A DNA stretch of 64,000 nucleotides from the NCBI RefSeq assembly GCF_004010195.1, contig NC_057746.1, positions 26,804,070 to 26,868,069 of the forward strand. Reading direction: 5' to 3'. A model generated the notes under the pieces. The model worked only from the letters and a program-made list of their open reading frames with translations. It was not told the DNA's origin and ran no database searches. The translations under genes were made by a program, and so were the position numbers. Shown here in pieces: positions 13,203 through 25,400 of this stretch (positions within the stretch are counted from its first letter, which is position 1; every line of letters starts with the position of its first letter). This stretch comes from Chiloscyllium plagiosum. Its lineage: Eukaryota.

Positions 13203-13484
13203 CTACAAGCGCACTGTTGCATACACGATCTGCTCGTCCTTCCTCGTGGCAGTCGGTAAAGGATCGAACCGAACCCCAGCCAGACTCTGAGCCGGTTGAC
13301 TCGGTGCCGAATACACAACCGATTCTTCATTACGTTTTGGAAATGGCGCCGACTCACTCACTGCTGGGTTTTCACTGAGCACATGCAACTTTGTGCACGC
13401 AGCCTGATCGGGAGGACGGTGGTGGGTGTCTGAGCGACTGATATTTAACTTGGCATAAATCGTGCTATCCGATAAGTCTTGATC
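13203..13484 (-). CDS. Gene B last exon, tyrosine-motif tail (TIYAKL, VVYSAP, IVYATV)
   Basis: ttgcag| phase 0; 93 codons plus TAG; ITSM-like and ITIM consensus motifs. Confidence 0.85.
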   Translation of the reverse strand, partial: DQDLSDSTIYAKLNISRSDTHHRPPDQAACTKLHVLSENPAVSESAPFPKRNEESVVYSAPSQPAQSLAGVRFDPLPTATRKDEQIVYATVRL

Positions 13485-16400
13485 CTGCAAATAACCAGAT
13501 CATTATTTACAGCATTTTCAAATGCAGGATGTCAGGGTTCCTAAGTGAAGAAATATGCAATTAGCTGCAGCAGTAGTATTGATGTGTGATCTTGTGGCCC
13601 CATTGCTGTCGGTTCGAATAAATGCTTTCTTTTTCCTTATCGTATTTTGCACAAGCCATAACTGGACAGAATTACACCAATGAAACCCCAGAACGTTTGT
13701 TAAGTATGTTATGGACGAGGCCAGACCACTCAAAACATTCTTAAGCAGGCAGCCCAAACCGTAACTTTGCAGTTTGTTTCGGTAAGTGTACGCAGAAACT
13801 TACCCAAAGTTAGCTAAGTTGACTCCCAGGTTTTAAAACAGCCAAAAATGCATTCACAAAATTACGAAATGAAACACAAAGAATAAAGAACACCTACAGA
13901 ACTCAGTCTATCCAAAGTAGACTTAGTTATGCTGTTCTGAATATGCACGACACTTCCAAGATACAAACCCCTTAAACACCGTAAAAACGAAACAAAGGCT
14001 ACAGGTCGAAGTTAGAAGGACAGCGACTTTAGCAACCTGTTTCCACACAGCTCCACTGCTGAACTGACTCTAATTTAACTTATGCTTTCACAACTGACCT
14101 TTCATTATGCAGTTCACTTCTAAAGCTTAAAAACGTTGGCCTAATGTCTCATCTGTTTCCATATAAACAAAAAAAGCCTATTATCTCTGTACCAAACCAG
14201 TCGATTCTGAGCCTGAGCGGTTTACGACCCCTCTGAAAAAAACAAAGGGCACATTATCCTTGAGATAAGGAACAGCTTTTAGAAAAAAATGAGCAGCTTT
14301 GTGACAAGTACCTGTTTTGATACTATATCTTATTTTGTAAATCTTAGTCCATAATGTGCGGAAAAGCATTTCCTCGACTTCACACAACTGCAGAATGTTC
14401 ACAGATTGAATAGGGACTGAGCAAATATCCGTGATATTGCAGCTACTTTTTCTTTCTTTCTGACGCTGGTAAATTTATAAAAGCATTTTTACAACAGAAA
14501 TAGCTCTTCGTTTTCGATGTCACAAGTCGACAATGAGCAATGAAAATTTTACATTCGTCATGGGAATGAGCAAAAATTAACCAGGAAACCAGTTGCATTC
14601 CATTTAAGGTGGAAGATGAGGATTTCATTTCACAAACGATTGTCACGAAGGTAGACTGACAACAAGAGTTGGTGCATTGCTCTCTCAGCTTCTAGACCTC
14701 AATTCGATCTAAGCCCACAGCACGCAAGCGACAAGGCTGATTGGGTTAAAGTTTAGACACTTTAAAGCAACCATAGTCTGTACTCGCCGTCAGGAATCAT
14801 GGTAGTTAAATCACGATGTTGTGCCGAACACGACGCGAAATTAAACCAATCCCTTCTGCCTGCACTTCATCCATGTCCTTCCGCTCCTTGCATACTAATG
14901 TGTTTATCTTAAAGTCCCTTAAACGCCCCTTCCGTATCTGCCTCCACCAACACCCTTGTCAGCGCATTCAACACTCCTCCCACTCTCTGTTAAAAAAAAC
15001 TTGCTTCTCACACCTCCTTTGAACTTTCTCCCTCTCACCTTAAATGCATGCCCGAGTTTTAAACATTTCCACTCTGGGAAAAAGATTCTGACCGTCAACT
15101 CTATCTATGAACCTCATAACTTTAAAGATTTCTATAAAGTCTCCCCTCAGCCTCCGCCGGTCCGGAGAAAACAAGTCGAGTTTTTTGTAGACTGTTCCTT
15201 ATAAGTCGTACCCTGTAAACCACGCAGCATCCTGGTAAACCTCTTCTGTACCATTTCCAAAGCCTCCAGATCGCTCTGCAATGTGGCGACCAGAATTGAA
15301 CGCAATACTCTAAGTATGGTCTAATTAAAGTCTTATATAGCTGAAGCATGGCATCCTAAATCCTGTATTCAGTTCCCCTATCAATAAAGGCAAGCATGGC
15401 ATACGCCTTCTTTACCACCCTATCTATTTGCGTGGCAACTTTCAGGAGTGATGTAATCGAATTTAGGTGACGTAACGTACAATTTAAAAAGAAACAGTTT
15501 GCGGTGATGTCTTTAATGTAAAAAAGTCTATAAGAAACGAAAACTGACCACTAGCTGAATGCAAGGAGGAAAACTATTTTCTTCTATGGTAAGAAAAAAT
15601 ATTGAGAGCATAGATATTGGGCGGACTCTAACGATTTGAAAACAGAACTTATAAAAGTGATTCCGCTTTCATGGCTTGAACCATGGAACCACCAGAGTCA
15701 GTTATTATCTTCGCCTGTTAATAATACGTTAAAATGGATTTGTGCTTCACAATAAAATTATTATCCCCCTCGAGAATAAGAACAATCGAATAATAGAATA
15801 TTAGATTCCTACAGTGTGGAAGCAGGCCATTCGGCTCATAGAGCCCGCACCGACCATCCGAACAGCATCCCAACCAGACTCAACTCACGAGCATATCCCT
15901 GTAATCCTGCATTTCCAATGTCTAACCCAAATAGCCTGCACATTCCTGGACACTATGGGAAATTTAGCACGGCCAATACACCTAACCTACACACGTGTGG
16001 ACTGGAAACCGACGCAGACACGGGAAGATTGTGCAAACTCCATACATACCAGATTTTTCAGTCTGGAGGCTTCAGTTATACATAGCTCATTTGCAACTTG
16101 CTCTCTAGTTCCATTATCTGTAAAAGTTTTTAATCGATTAGATAACTTAAAGCTGGAACAAAATTAACATTTACATAAATGCATTACTACAGTCAAGACA
16201 TTATGCGAGGAAAGATCAATAACTTTTGTATTTCTTTACATTTTGATTTTGGTGGTTCAGGGCAGCTAGATACAGGCAAAAAAATGTTGGCCTAGCCAGT
16301 AACATCTGTGCCCCACCAGAGAATATATTGAAAGTAAAATGTGTCTTTGCATGTCAAAAACGTTGGCATGTGAGGGTTGGTTACTTTTTTGAAGTATTTT

Positions 16401-19400
16401 TCTTTTTGAAAAAGAACAGAGATTTTAGTGGTTCTTCCAGATAACGACTTCGCGTAGTACTATGATATCTTGAAAAGTGTCCATATTATAGAAGAGGAGT
16501 TGCTGGACGTCTTAAAACGTACAAAGTTCGATAAATCCCCAGGACCGGATTAGATGCATCATAAAACTTTGTAGAAACTTCGGGAAGTGATTGCTGGGCC
16601 CCTTGCTGAGACATTTGTATCATTGCTAGCTACTGGAAGACTGGAAGTTGGCTTACGTGGTGAAATTACTTAAGAAAAGTGATAATGAGAGATCAGGAAA
16701 CCATAGACTAGTGAGCCTGACGTGAATAGTGGGCAAGTTTTCGGAGGATATTCTGTGGGACAGAATGTAGGTGCATTTGGAAAGGCGAGGACTGATTAAG
16801 TATAGTCAAAATGCCTTTGTGCATGGGAATTCGTGGCTCACTAACTTGACTGAGGTTTTGAAGAAGTGACGAATAAGGTTAATGAAGGGAAGACAGTGGA
16901 TGTTGTCTATATGAACTTTAGTAAAGCATTCAACAAGGTTCTGCATGATAGATTGGTTAACAAGGTTAGATCACATGGAATCCTGGGGAATTAGCGACTT
17001 GAATACAAAATTGGCTGTAAGGTAGGATACAGAGGGTATTGGGAGAAGGTTGCTTTTCCGACTGAAGGTCTGTGACCAACTGTGTGCCAATGCTAGGTCC
17101 ACCGCTTTTCATCATTTATATAAATGATTTGGCGTGAATATAGAAGGTATGGTTAGTAAGTGTGCAGATGACATCAAAATTGGAGGTGTAGTGGACAGCG
17201 AAGAAGGCTACCTCAAAGCTCACGGAATCTCGATCAGAAAGGCTGAGAAATGGCAGATGGAGCTTAATGTAGATAAATATGAGGTGCTGCATTTTGGGAG
17301 GGCAAACCAGAGCAGGATTTATGCATTTAATGGTAAGGTCCTGGGGAGTGCTGCTGAATAAAGAAACCTTGGAGGGCAGGTACGTAGTTCTTTGAAAGTG
17401 GAGTCGCAGGCCGACAGGAAAACGAAGATGGTGTTCACCTTTATTGGTCAGTGCATTACGTATGGCGGTTGGGAGGTCATGTTGCGGCTATACAACATAT
17501 TGGTTAGGCCACTTTTGGGGTACAGCGTTCTGGTCTCCCTGCTTTAGGAAAGATCTTGTTAAACTTGAAAGAATTCAGAAAAGATTTACAAAGATTTTGC
17601 CAGAATTGGAGGGTTTGAGATACGGGAGATGCTCAATAGGTTGGAGCTATTTTAACTGGAGTGTCAGAGGCTGAGGGGAGACCTTATAGTAGTTTATAAA
17701 ATCATTAATTCAAAACTAGAGGACATAGGTTTAAAGTAAGAGGGGAAAGATTTTAAAGGAACCTTAGGGGCAGCATTTTCATACAGAAAATGATGCGTGT
17801 ATTGAATTAACTGCCAGAGGAAGTGATGAAGAATGGTAAAATTACAAGATTTAAAGGGCAAACAGATGGGTCCATGAATAGGAAGGGTTTAGAGCAATAC
17901 GGGCCAAATGCTAGCAAATGGAACCGAATTAATTTAGAATATCTGGTCGGCATGGATGAGTTGAACAAAAGGATTTGTTTCTGTACTATATTTCTCTGTG
18001 ACTTTGTGGCACTGCTCAGAGTGTGAGTAGAAGTAGAATTCTGTGGTGTGCCAATGGGAAGTTGTTTATACATATAACAGTTTATGGCAAGTGAATAAAT
18101 ATGAAGGCCAGTAGATTGTTTTTAATCTATAATCATCAAGATTGATTTTGGTTTAAAAACCCGGAGTCTGATAGTTTCTAGGGCAGTATCAGAGGCACTT
18201 AACTGAGCTCAGGGACAATTAAAGTTCGCCTTATAGAAAGGAAATTTTCAGAGCAAGTCAGGGAATTTATTATCTCAGTCAATTTTTTGTTGTGTAGCTT
18301 TCAAGTCAGAAGAGCACAGTTAGGAATCTGCATGGTATTGGAAGCTGAGAAAATCTAAGGTTTAAGTGTTGTGGATACCACTGAAAGAAGATCTTCGCAG
18401 TTTACAAAAAGAAATTAGGGAGAATCAGTTAAGTGAAATGTCAGTATTTGATGTATTGAGCTTCCTACTCCAGATTTGATTCTTTGTAAAGGACAGTGTC
18501 AACAAACTCATGAAAATGCTGTTTTGTTGTGGTTTGTCTTTTTAAGGATTTTTTAAAATATGCTTGGATGTCTTGGGTTTCATTTATTTTTTTCTTTGCA
18601 AGAAACTTATATTGTTAAATAAGCTTTGAGTTTCGTGTGACTAATTTCAGTCATTGGTCACCATGTTAACTAAAGTGTATAGATAAATATATGATCTATC
18701 AATCCATGTTTCGTTCTGGCACCTTATTCATTCAGTAATATCATCAGCTGGTGTAATGAAAACTTTAAGAACAAATGTTTCAGTATTTTCATTCATTTAA
18801 CTTCGCAAATAATGATATCTAGCCTATTGGGGCGGAATGATGGCACAGTGGTTAGCACTGCTGCCTCTCATTATCAGGGACCGGGGGTTTAAGTTGACCC
18901 TTGGATGTTTGACTGCGTGGAGTTTGCACGGTCTTCCCGTGTCCGCATGGGTTTCCTCTGACAGTCGGATGATGTAGAGGTTAAGTGGATTAGCCATGCT
19001 AAATTGCCCCGTTGTGTTCAGGGATGTGTAAGCAAGGTGACTGACAGGGATAGGGTGGGAAGATGGGCCTAGGTGGGATACTGTTGGGAAGGATGGTGCA
19101 GACTCGATAGATCAAAAAGTCTCTATCTGCATTGTATGAATTCTATGAATCTAACTTGCCATTGTTTATTATCTTGCAAGGTGGTAAGAGTGCAGGTGTG
19201 AGATTACCTCTAATCCAAACATTTAAAACTATAATACAATAATGAAACTTCATGTGGGGTTCGAAGTTGAACATTGAAATACATTTTAAACGTGACAAAT
19301 GTATCGCTGATGCTGTAATGATTTTGTGTTCTTGTCTTTCTGATACAAGCGTAAGTATTATAATTTCCTGGTTTGCTTACTTCCACTATTCCTTTATAGG

Positions 19401-22400
19401 GCTCTCCCCTTCGCTCTCCTTTTCAAGAGTTTGCTTTCATCAACAAATAATTTGGCCAGTTATGCCGGCAGCACAGAGAAGATTTGCAAGTATGATACTA
19501 AAAATATGCAGACATATGCATCGACAAAGGCTGAATATCTTCTCTTGAGAAAAGAAGATTGAAGCATGAATTTAGGGAATTCTTTAAAATTATGAAAGCT
19601 TTCTTACAATCGATACAAGGAAATTCTTCCTTTTATGGGCAAAAGCTTAGATAGAAGTCACCAATACAAGATCACCATTAAGTATTTTAAGAGGAAATCG
19701 AGAAGCAACTTATTTCTGTAAACTATGACAAGAGCGTGAAGCCTATTACCACAGTGTGCTTGAATCGAATAATAGATCTATAATTAAAAGTAATCTAGAA
19801 AAACACAGAAAGAGATATTAAAATTACTAGATTTATTAATTGTGATGATAATAGATCGGAAGAAGTTCAAGAAGAGAACACTAAGTGGTCGCTCATTGTA
19901 TGTTGTTTTGTAGTTGAGTTCAGTACTTACAAGGAGGTCTGCTACTGTGCCGAGTAGAGAACATTTTGATTATGATTAAAGCGACCGGCACCAGGACCAC
20001 CACTGAAAATATAAGCAGATTGGTGTTCCACTGATATGGAGATGGTGTTTCTTCAGAATCAATATGAGCTGCAAATAGGGGGGAGAAAAGCTATTTATTT
20101 CTTAATGTCTTCCCACTTCTCTTTGTGTTCTTAGTAGTGGCTATATTGGTTTCATGTTTAATTTAAAAGCTGCAAATGATAGCAGGGCACCTAGATCGTG
20201 AGTAGATAAAACAAAAAACTAAGTATCTTTTCATCATCCTGTTCTGTGCTATTCACTGCAGTTATTTTTAGTCTGTTATAATTAAGATAAACTTGTACAA
20301 AATAAGCACAAACAAGATCAGCAGCCAAAGCCACAATAAAGATTCAGTTGGGTGAGTGCAAGGCGTTAGAGTGGAGGAGGGGCAGATGTAGATTGTAGTA
20401 ACAGAGGGAGGTGAAAGCATTGTACATTGTGCTGTGTATCGCTTCATTTTTCTCACTTACAGTCTATTTTAGAACAAAAACCGCTTGTCATATAAATTGC
20501 TTACTTTCCACTAATTTGACCTTAGCAACGCAGTACGGATTCAAAATGGATTCAAAAATCCTGTTACTCTGAATCTAATATATAAATAATCATAAATTAA
20601 ATATCAATAACTATGCACCAGCCATCTTCTACCCGATTAAATCATCAATTAGAATAAGACAATTCCAGTTTACACTTTGCAGCTTAGATCCTCTCCATGC
20701 TACTTTGTGAAGATCATAGAGATTGCTGACCGCATTGAAACTATCTTAAGTTCCATATCATGTGGAACAACTAGCCAGCTATTAGTCAATTATGATGTAA
20801 TGTATGATGGCTGTAGCAAGTCATTTTTTTAACGAAGCAGCTTCCTGAAATGAAAAAGGAAAGGAAAGGATATTTCGAGCTCATGGTCCCTTCTTCATTA
20901 TTATGTAGTCACATACCAGTTGACAAATGTGTAACCATGCACTTCAAACATGTTAATTAATTCAGTCCAAATAAAATCAATTATCCTGTTTTGTTATGGT
21001 TTCATCAGGTCATTCGTTATTCTACATGACAGATATCAAGATATTGCACCAGCACTACCATTTATTGCCAAGTTGGAATGTGGGAATCATTGCCTAGGCC
21101 AGCATTTATTACACCTCTGCTATCCAATGTTGCCTTGAAGAGTTGGCAGTGTGCCTCCCTTTTGGCAAATAAGTGGTTTGCTAGGTCGGTTGGGATAGAC
21201 TATTAAAGGTCGAGAACATTGTAATTCTACTTTCAGGGAGCTATGGACTTGAACCCCCAAGATCCCTCTGTACATCAGCGCTGTTCGGAGTCCTGCCATT
21301 AATTGCATATCTTTCCTTAACATTTGATCTCCCTAGGCACAACACTTCACACTTAGATGAATTAACTTGCATCTGCTATTTCTCTGCCCACATCTGCAAC
21401 TGATCTATAACCTAATGTGTCCTTTGACTACATTCTACATTATCCACAACCCAACTGATCTTTGTATTATTTGCAAAATTAATAACTCACTCGTCTACAT
21501 TTTCATCCAACTCATATGTATATCACAAACAACAGACGTCCCAGTGCAGATACCCGCAGAACACCACGAGTCACAGACCTTCAGCCTGAAAACAACCTTC
21601 CATTACTACCCTATGCCTTCTATGGGCAAGCCAATTCTGAATCCACGTAACCAAGTCACAGTAGATCCCTTGCATCTTAATTTTCTACATGAGCCTATCG
21701 CCAGGAACCTTGTCGAAAGCCTTACTAAAATCCATGTAGACAACATCCACTGCTCTACCCTCATTGATCACTTTTGCCATGGTCTTGATAAATTCAAATC
21801 AGGTTAATAAAACATGACCTGCCCTGCGAAAGCCATGCTGACTACCCCGAATTAAGCCATACTTTTCCAAATGTATGTAACTCCTATCTCTAAGAAATCT
21901 CTCCACCAGCTTCTCAACCACAGATGTGAGGCTCACTGGTCGATAATTTCCTGCAATTTCCCTATTTCCCTTCTTTAATAGTGGAACAACATTAGCCACT
22001 CACCAGTTCTCTGGGACCTCTCCAGTGGCTGGTGAGGATGCAAAGATCTTGGTCAAGGTCCCAGCAATTTCCTCTCTTGCGTCTCTCACTTACTTAGGGT
22101 AGATACCAATTGCGCCGCGAGGACTTATCCATCTCAATGCGCTTCAAAAGAACTAACACCACTTCTTTCTTGATCTCAAAATGCCCTAGCATGTTAGCAT
22201 GCACCACACAAATGTCGCTTTCCTCCATATACTTCTCCTGGGTGCAATGCACTTATTTAGGATCTCACCCACATCTTCTGCCTCTAAGTGTAAGTACCCT
22301 CTTTTATCCTAAGTGATCCTACCTCCTCCCAACAGTTATCCTCTTGTTTTTAATGTATATATAGAATATCTTGGGATTATGTATAAACCTACTTACTGAG

Positions 22401-25400
22401 GTTATTTTATGGACCCTTCTTGCTCTCCTAATTCCCTGCTTCGGTTCTTTCCTGCTTTCTTTATATCCTGTTTTCCACATGGGCCTTGCCTGCTTTTAAC
22501 TTCTTGAACCTTACCTATGCTTTTTTTTTCCTTTTCAATAAATTCACCACCTCCCTCGCTTATCCAAGGATCCCTCACCTTGCCATCCATGTCATCCTTA
22601 CTGAAACATGCCAGTCTTGAACTCTTATCAACAGGTCTTTAAATGATTCCCACATTTCAAATGTGTACTTGCTTAATAACAGCTCCTCCCAATTAACATT
22701 CCCTAGTTCCTGCCAAATACTGATGTAACTTGCCCTTTCCCAATTTAGTATATTGCCACATGGTTCTGACTTATTCATAGCTACCTTAAAACTTAAGAAG
22801 ATAGTTTCCAAAATACTCCCCCACTGGAAGGTAGGACATCTGATCAGGATTATTAACAGTACAAGGTCCAGTATGCTCCCTCCGCCACGTCTCTCCATCC
22901 CGCTTCCCCAAGTTGGACTATCCACATACTGTTTCAAGAAACCCTCTTGGATGCACTGCCCCGTCCTAGCCTCTTACTCGAAGAGAGTCCAAGTCAGTAT
23001 TGGGGAATTTATATTCAACCATGCTGACAAATCTGTTTTTGTTGCATCTTTCCAAAATCTGCCTACATATTTGTTTCTCAGTATCTTGGTGCTGTTGGTA
23101 GGAGGTGTGTGTGTGTGTGTGTGGGGTGGGGGGGGGGGGGAGTTTGGTAGGGAAAGGGGTACAGCGGGGGCCTATAATAAAATCCTATCAGAGTGATCGT
23201 ACCCATCTTATTTTTGACCTCTACCTTTACTGCCTAAATGGATGAACCCTCCAGTATGTCCTTCCTGAATGCAGATGTAACATTCTCCCGAAGTAGTAAT
23301 GCAAATATTCCAACTCCTTTACCTTCTCCTTTATCTCGTCTAAAACATCAAAACGCTGAAATGTTGAGCATCCAATCCTTGCCTTTCTCTCAACCAAGTC
23401 TCTGTAATAGTCCCATGTAAAGATCCAGGTTGTAGGCTCATCTGCTCTACCTACAATACTCCTTGCATTGAAATAAATACATTTCAACCCGTTAATACCA
23501 TCGTGTTCATTGACCTGACTCTGCTTCTCCTTTCTTTCTGATGTACTGATCGTAACATGTACCGTCTTCTCAATCCCTGCATTTGTTGACATCTGCTGTA
23601 GTTCCCAACCCCCTGCCACACTGTTTAAACCCTCCTGCATAGCACTAGCGAACCTCCCTGCAAGGGTATTTGCTCCCCTCTAGTAGGTACAACCTGTCCC
23701 TCTTATGCAGGTCACTCCTGCCCCAGACGCGGTCCCAATGATCCAAGAACGTGAAACCCTGCTCCTTGCACCAGCTCCTTATCCACACATTCATCACTAT
23801 CTTACTGTCCTTTGTCTCAGGTGCACTTGGCACTGAGATTACTACCCTTGAGTTCCTGCTTTTCAGCCTCTTTCTTAACTCCCTGTACTCACTCCGTAGC
23901 ACCCCAACCCTCTTTCTACCTATGTCGTTGGTACCAATGTGCACAACAACCTGTGCACAATGTGCACAGCTGCTCATCCTCCAAGTTTCCATTTATATAT
24001 TTCTTTTGGGGTGGGGAGAGGCATAGGGTTCAAGTGTGGATCAATCTCCGATGAAAGTGACAAATTTACCATTTACTGTGACTCTTGTGCCTTCTCCAGT
24101 TCCGAGCCCACAGTTCAAGACTTTGACCTGGCAGTAATAAGTTCCTGTATCGTTCAGTTTCATCCTGGTTATTGATATAGATGCTAGTTTCAAGTTGAGG
24201 AAGGCAGATTTGCCTGCTTCTTGGACACGTCCGATATATCCTGTGCAGTTGTTACAAACATTACACATCTTGCGATCTTTGTACCATGTGTAGGCACCAA
24301 CCAGCGTGTTTTCTGAATGGGTGGCATCCACACTAAATTTGCAGTGTAGATTCAATGTGTCACCTATGGCAACGTTAATCCAGGCCGGGGTTTGCTTGAC
24401 TGTGACCTTGGAGTCAGTGATTCCTGTAAAGACAAGAATTCATGGATAATCACGCCGTTCTACATTGTGTGCCTTTCAGTAGCAGCAGATAGTCTCAGTC
24501 AAAAAAATTCTACTCTGAATGAAATAACAGCAACCTCTCGGTTTATGAAGATAGAAGCCGTTTGCTAAGTAATGAATAACAAATTTCACTTCCTGAGTTT
24601 CAATCATTATTGATGCCCTTTGATTTGCCCGCAGACATTGCCAGAACTACTGACTATTTCCAGTATTTTCGACCTTTCACTCAGATTTACACACAATGAG
24701 AAACTTGGTTTTCTGCCCTAACTCGGATCCATAAACATACCGGGGAATGAGCTTCCAACTGTCTTGATTTGTGGACACTGAACGAACAGTTTCCCTTTCA
24801 CAGACAAACCAGTGGCTGCCTTAAAACAATTAAAGCTGCTTCTGTAAAATTGTCGTTCATCCACGTTGTTGCACAAAAAAGCGCTCATTTCACGCTTTAA
24901 TCCTAATTATCTTTTGCATTTATTTTGCGGCTTGAGTTATCGATGGGGCACCGGGGTGGAAATGAGGTAATAAATTAAAATCCAAAGTAATTAACAGTGT
25001 ACCGTTTTTAGATTTGGCGGCCAAACGCAACACTACCTTTGTCCTCGAGCCAACGAGGGTTGAGTGTCAAATTATCTTTTAAATGAATATTCTTATTCCA
25101 CGAGATGGACAGTTTGAAGTGTTGTCTCAATTGCAGATGGAAAAGCGAGTAACTGGACAGTTAACTTTTCAATCGATAAAATGGTCAACTATTTTGCAAG
25201 TGAGGTGCCAGAAGACAACCATTTAATATAGGTGAAGAAGTTGATGGGGTCCTACTGCTTTGCATCTCTTGAATATCATCACTGTTCATAGAGTCATAGA
25301 CCTACTCGGAAGTCTGTAAAAGCTGTCCAAATTCTTGCCAATAGAATGCAAAACTGACTTTACACGAGAGTTACTTAAATGTATTGCTAATTAGGCCCAC

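Noticed and set aside
18005-18770. LTR-like stretch (similar stretches at ~41020-41700 and ~47890-48270)
   Set aside because: Composition is suggestive, but I could not fix TG..CA ends or TSDs, so they are not called
19160-19207. Possible extra phase 1-1 exon of gene B
   Set aside because: Weak acceptor and a GC donor; not needed for the frame
20268-20456. Hydrophobic ORF (LLWLWLLILFVLILYKFILII) as an alternative TM exon
   Set aside because: No convincing in-phase acceptor was identified; the exon at 19931-20068 has strong sites. Not fully excluded.
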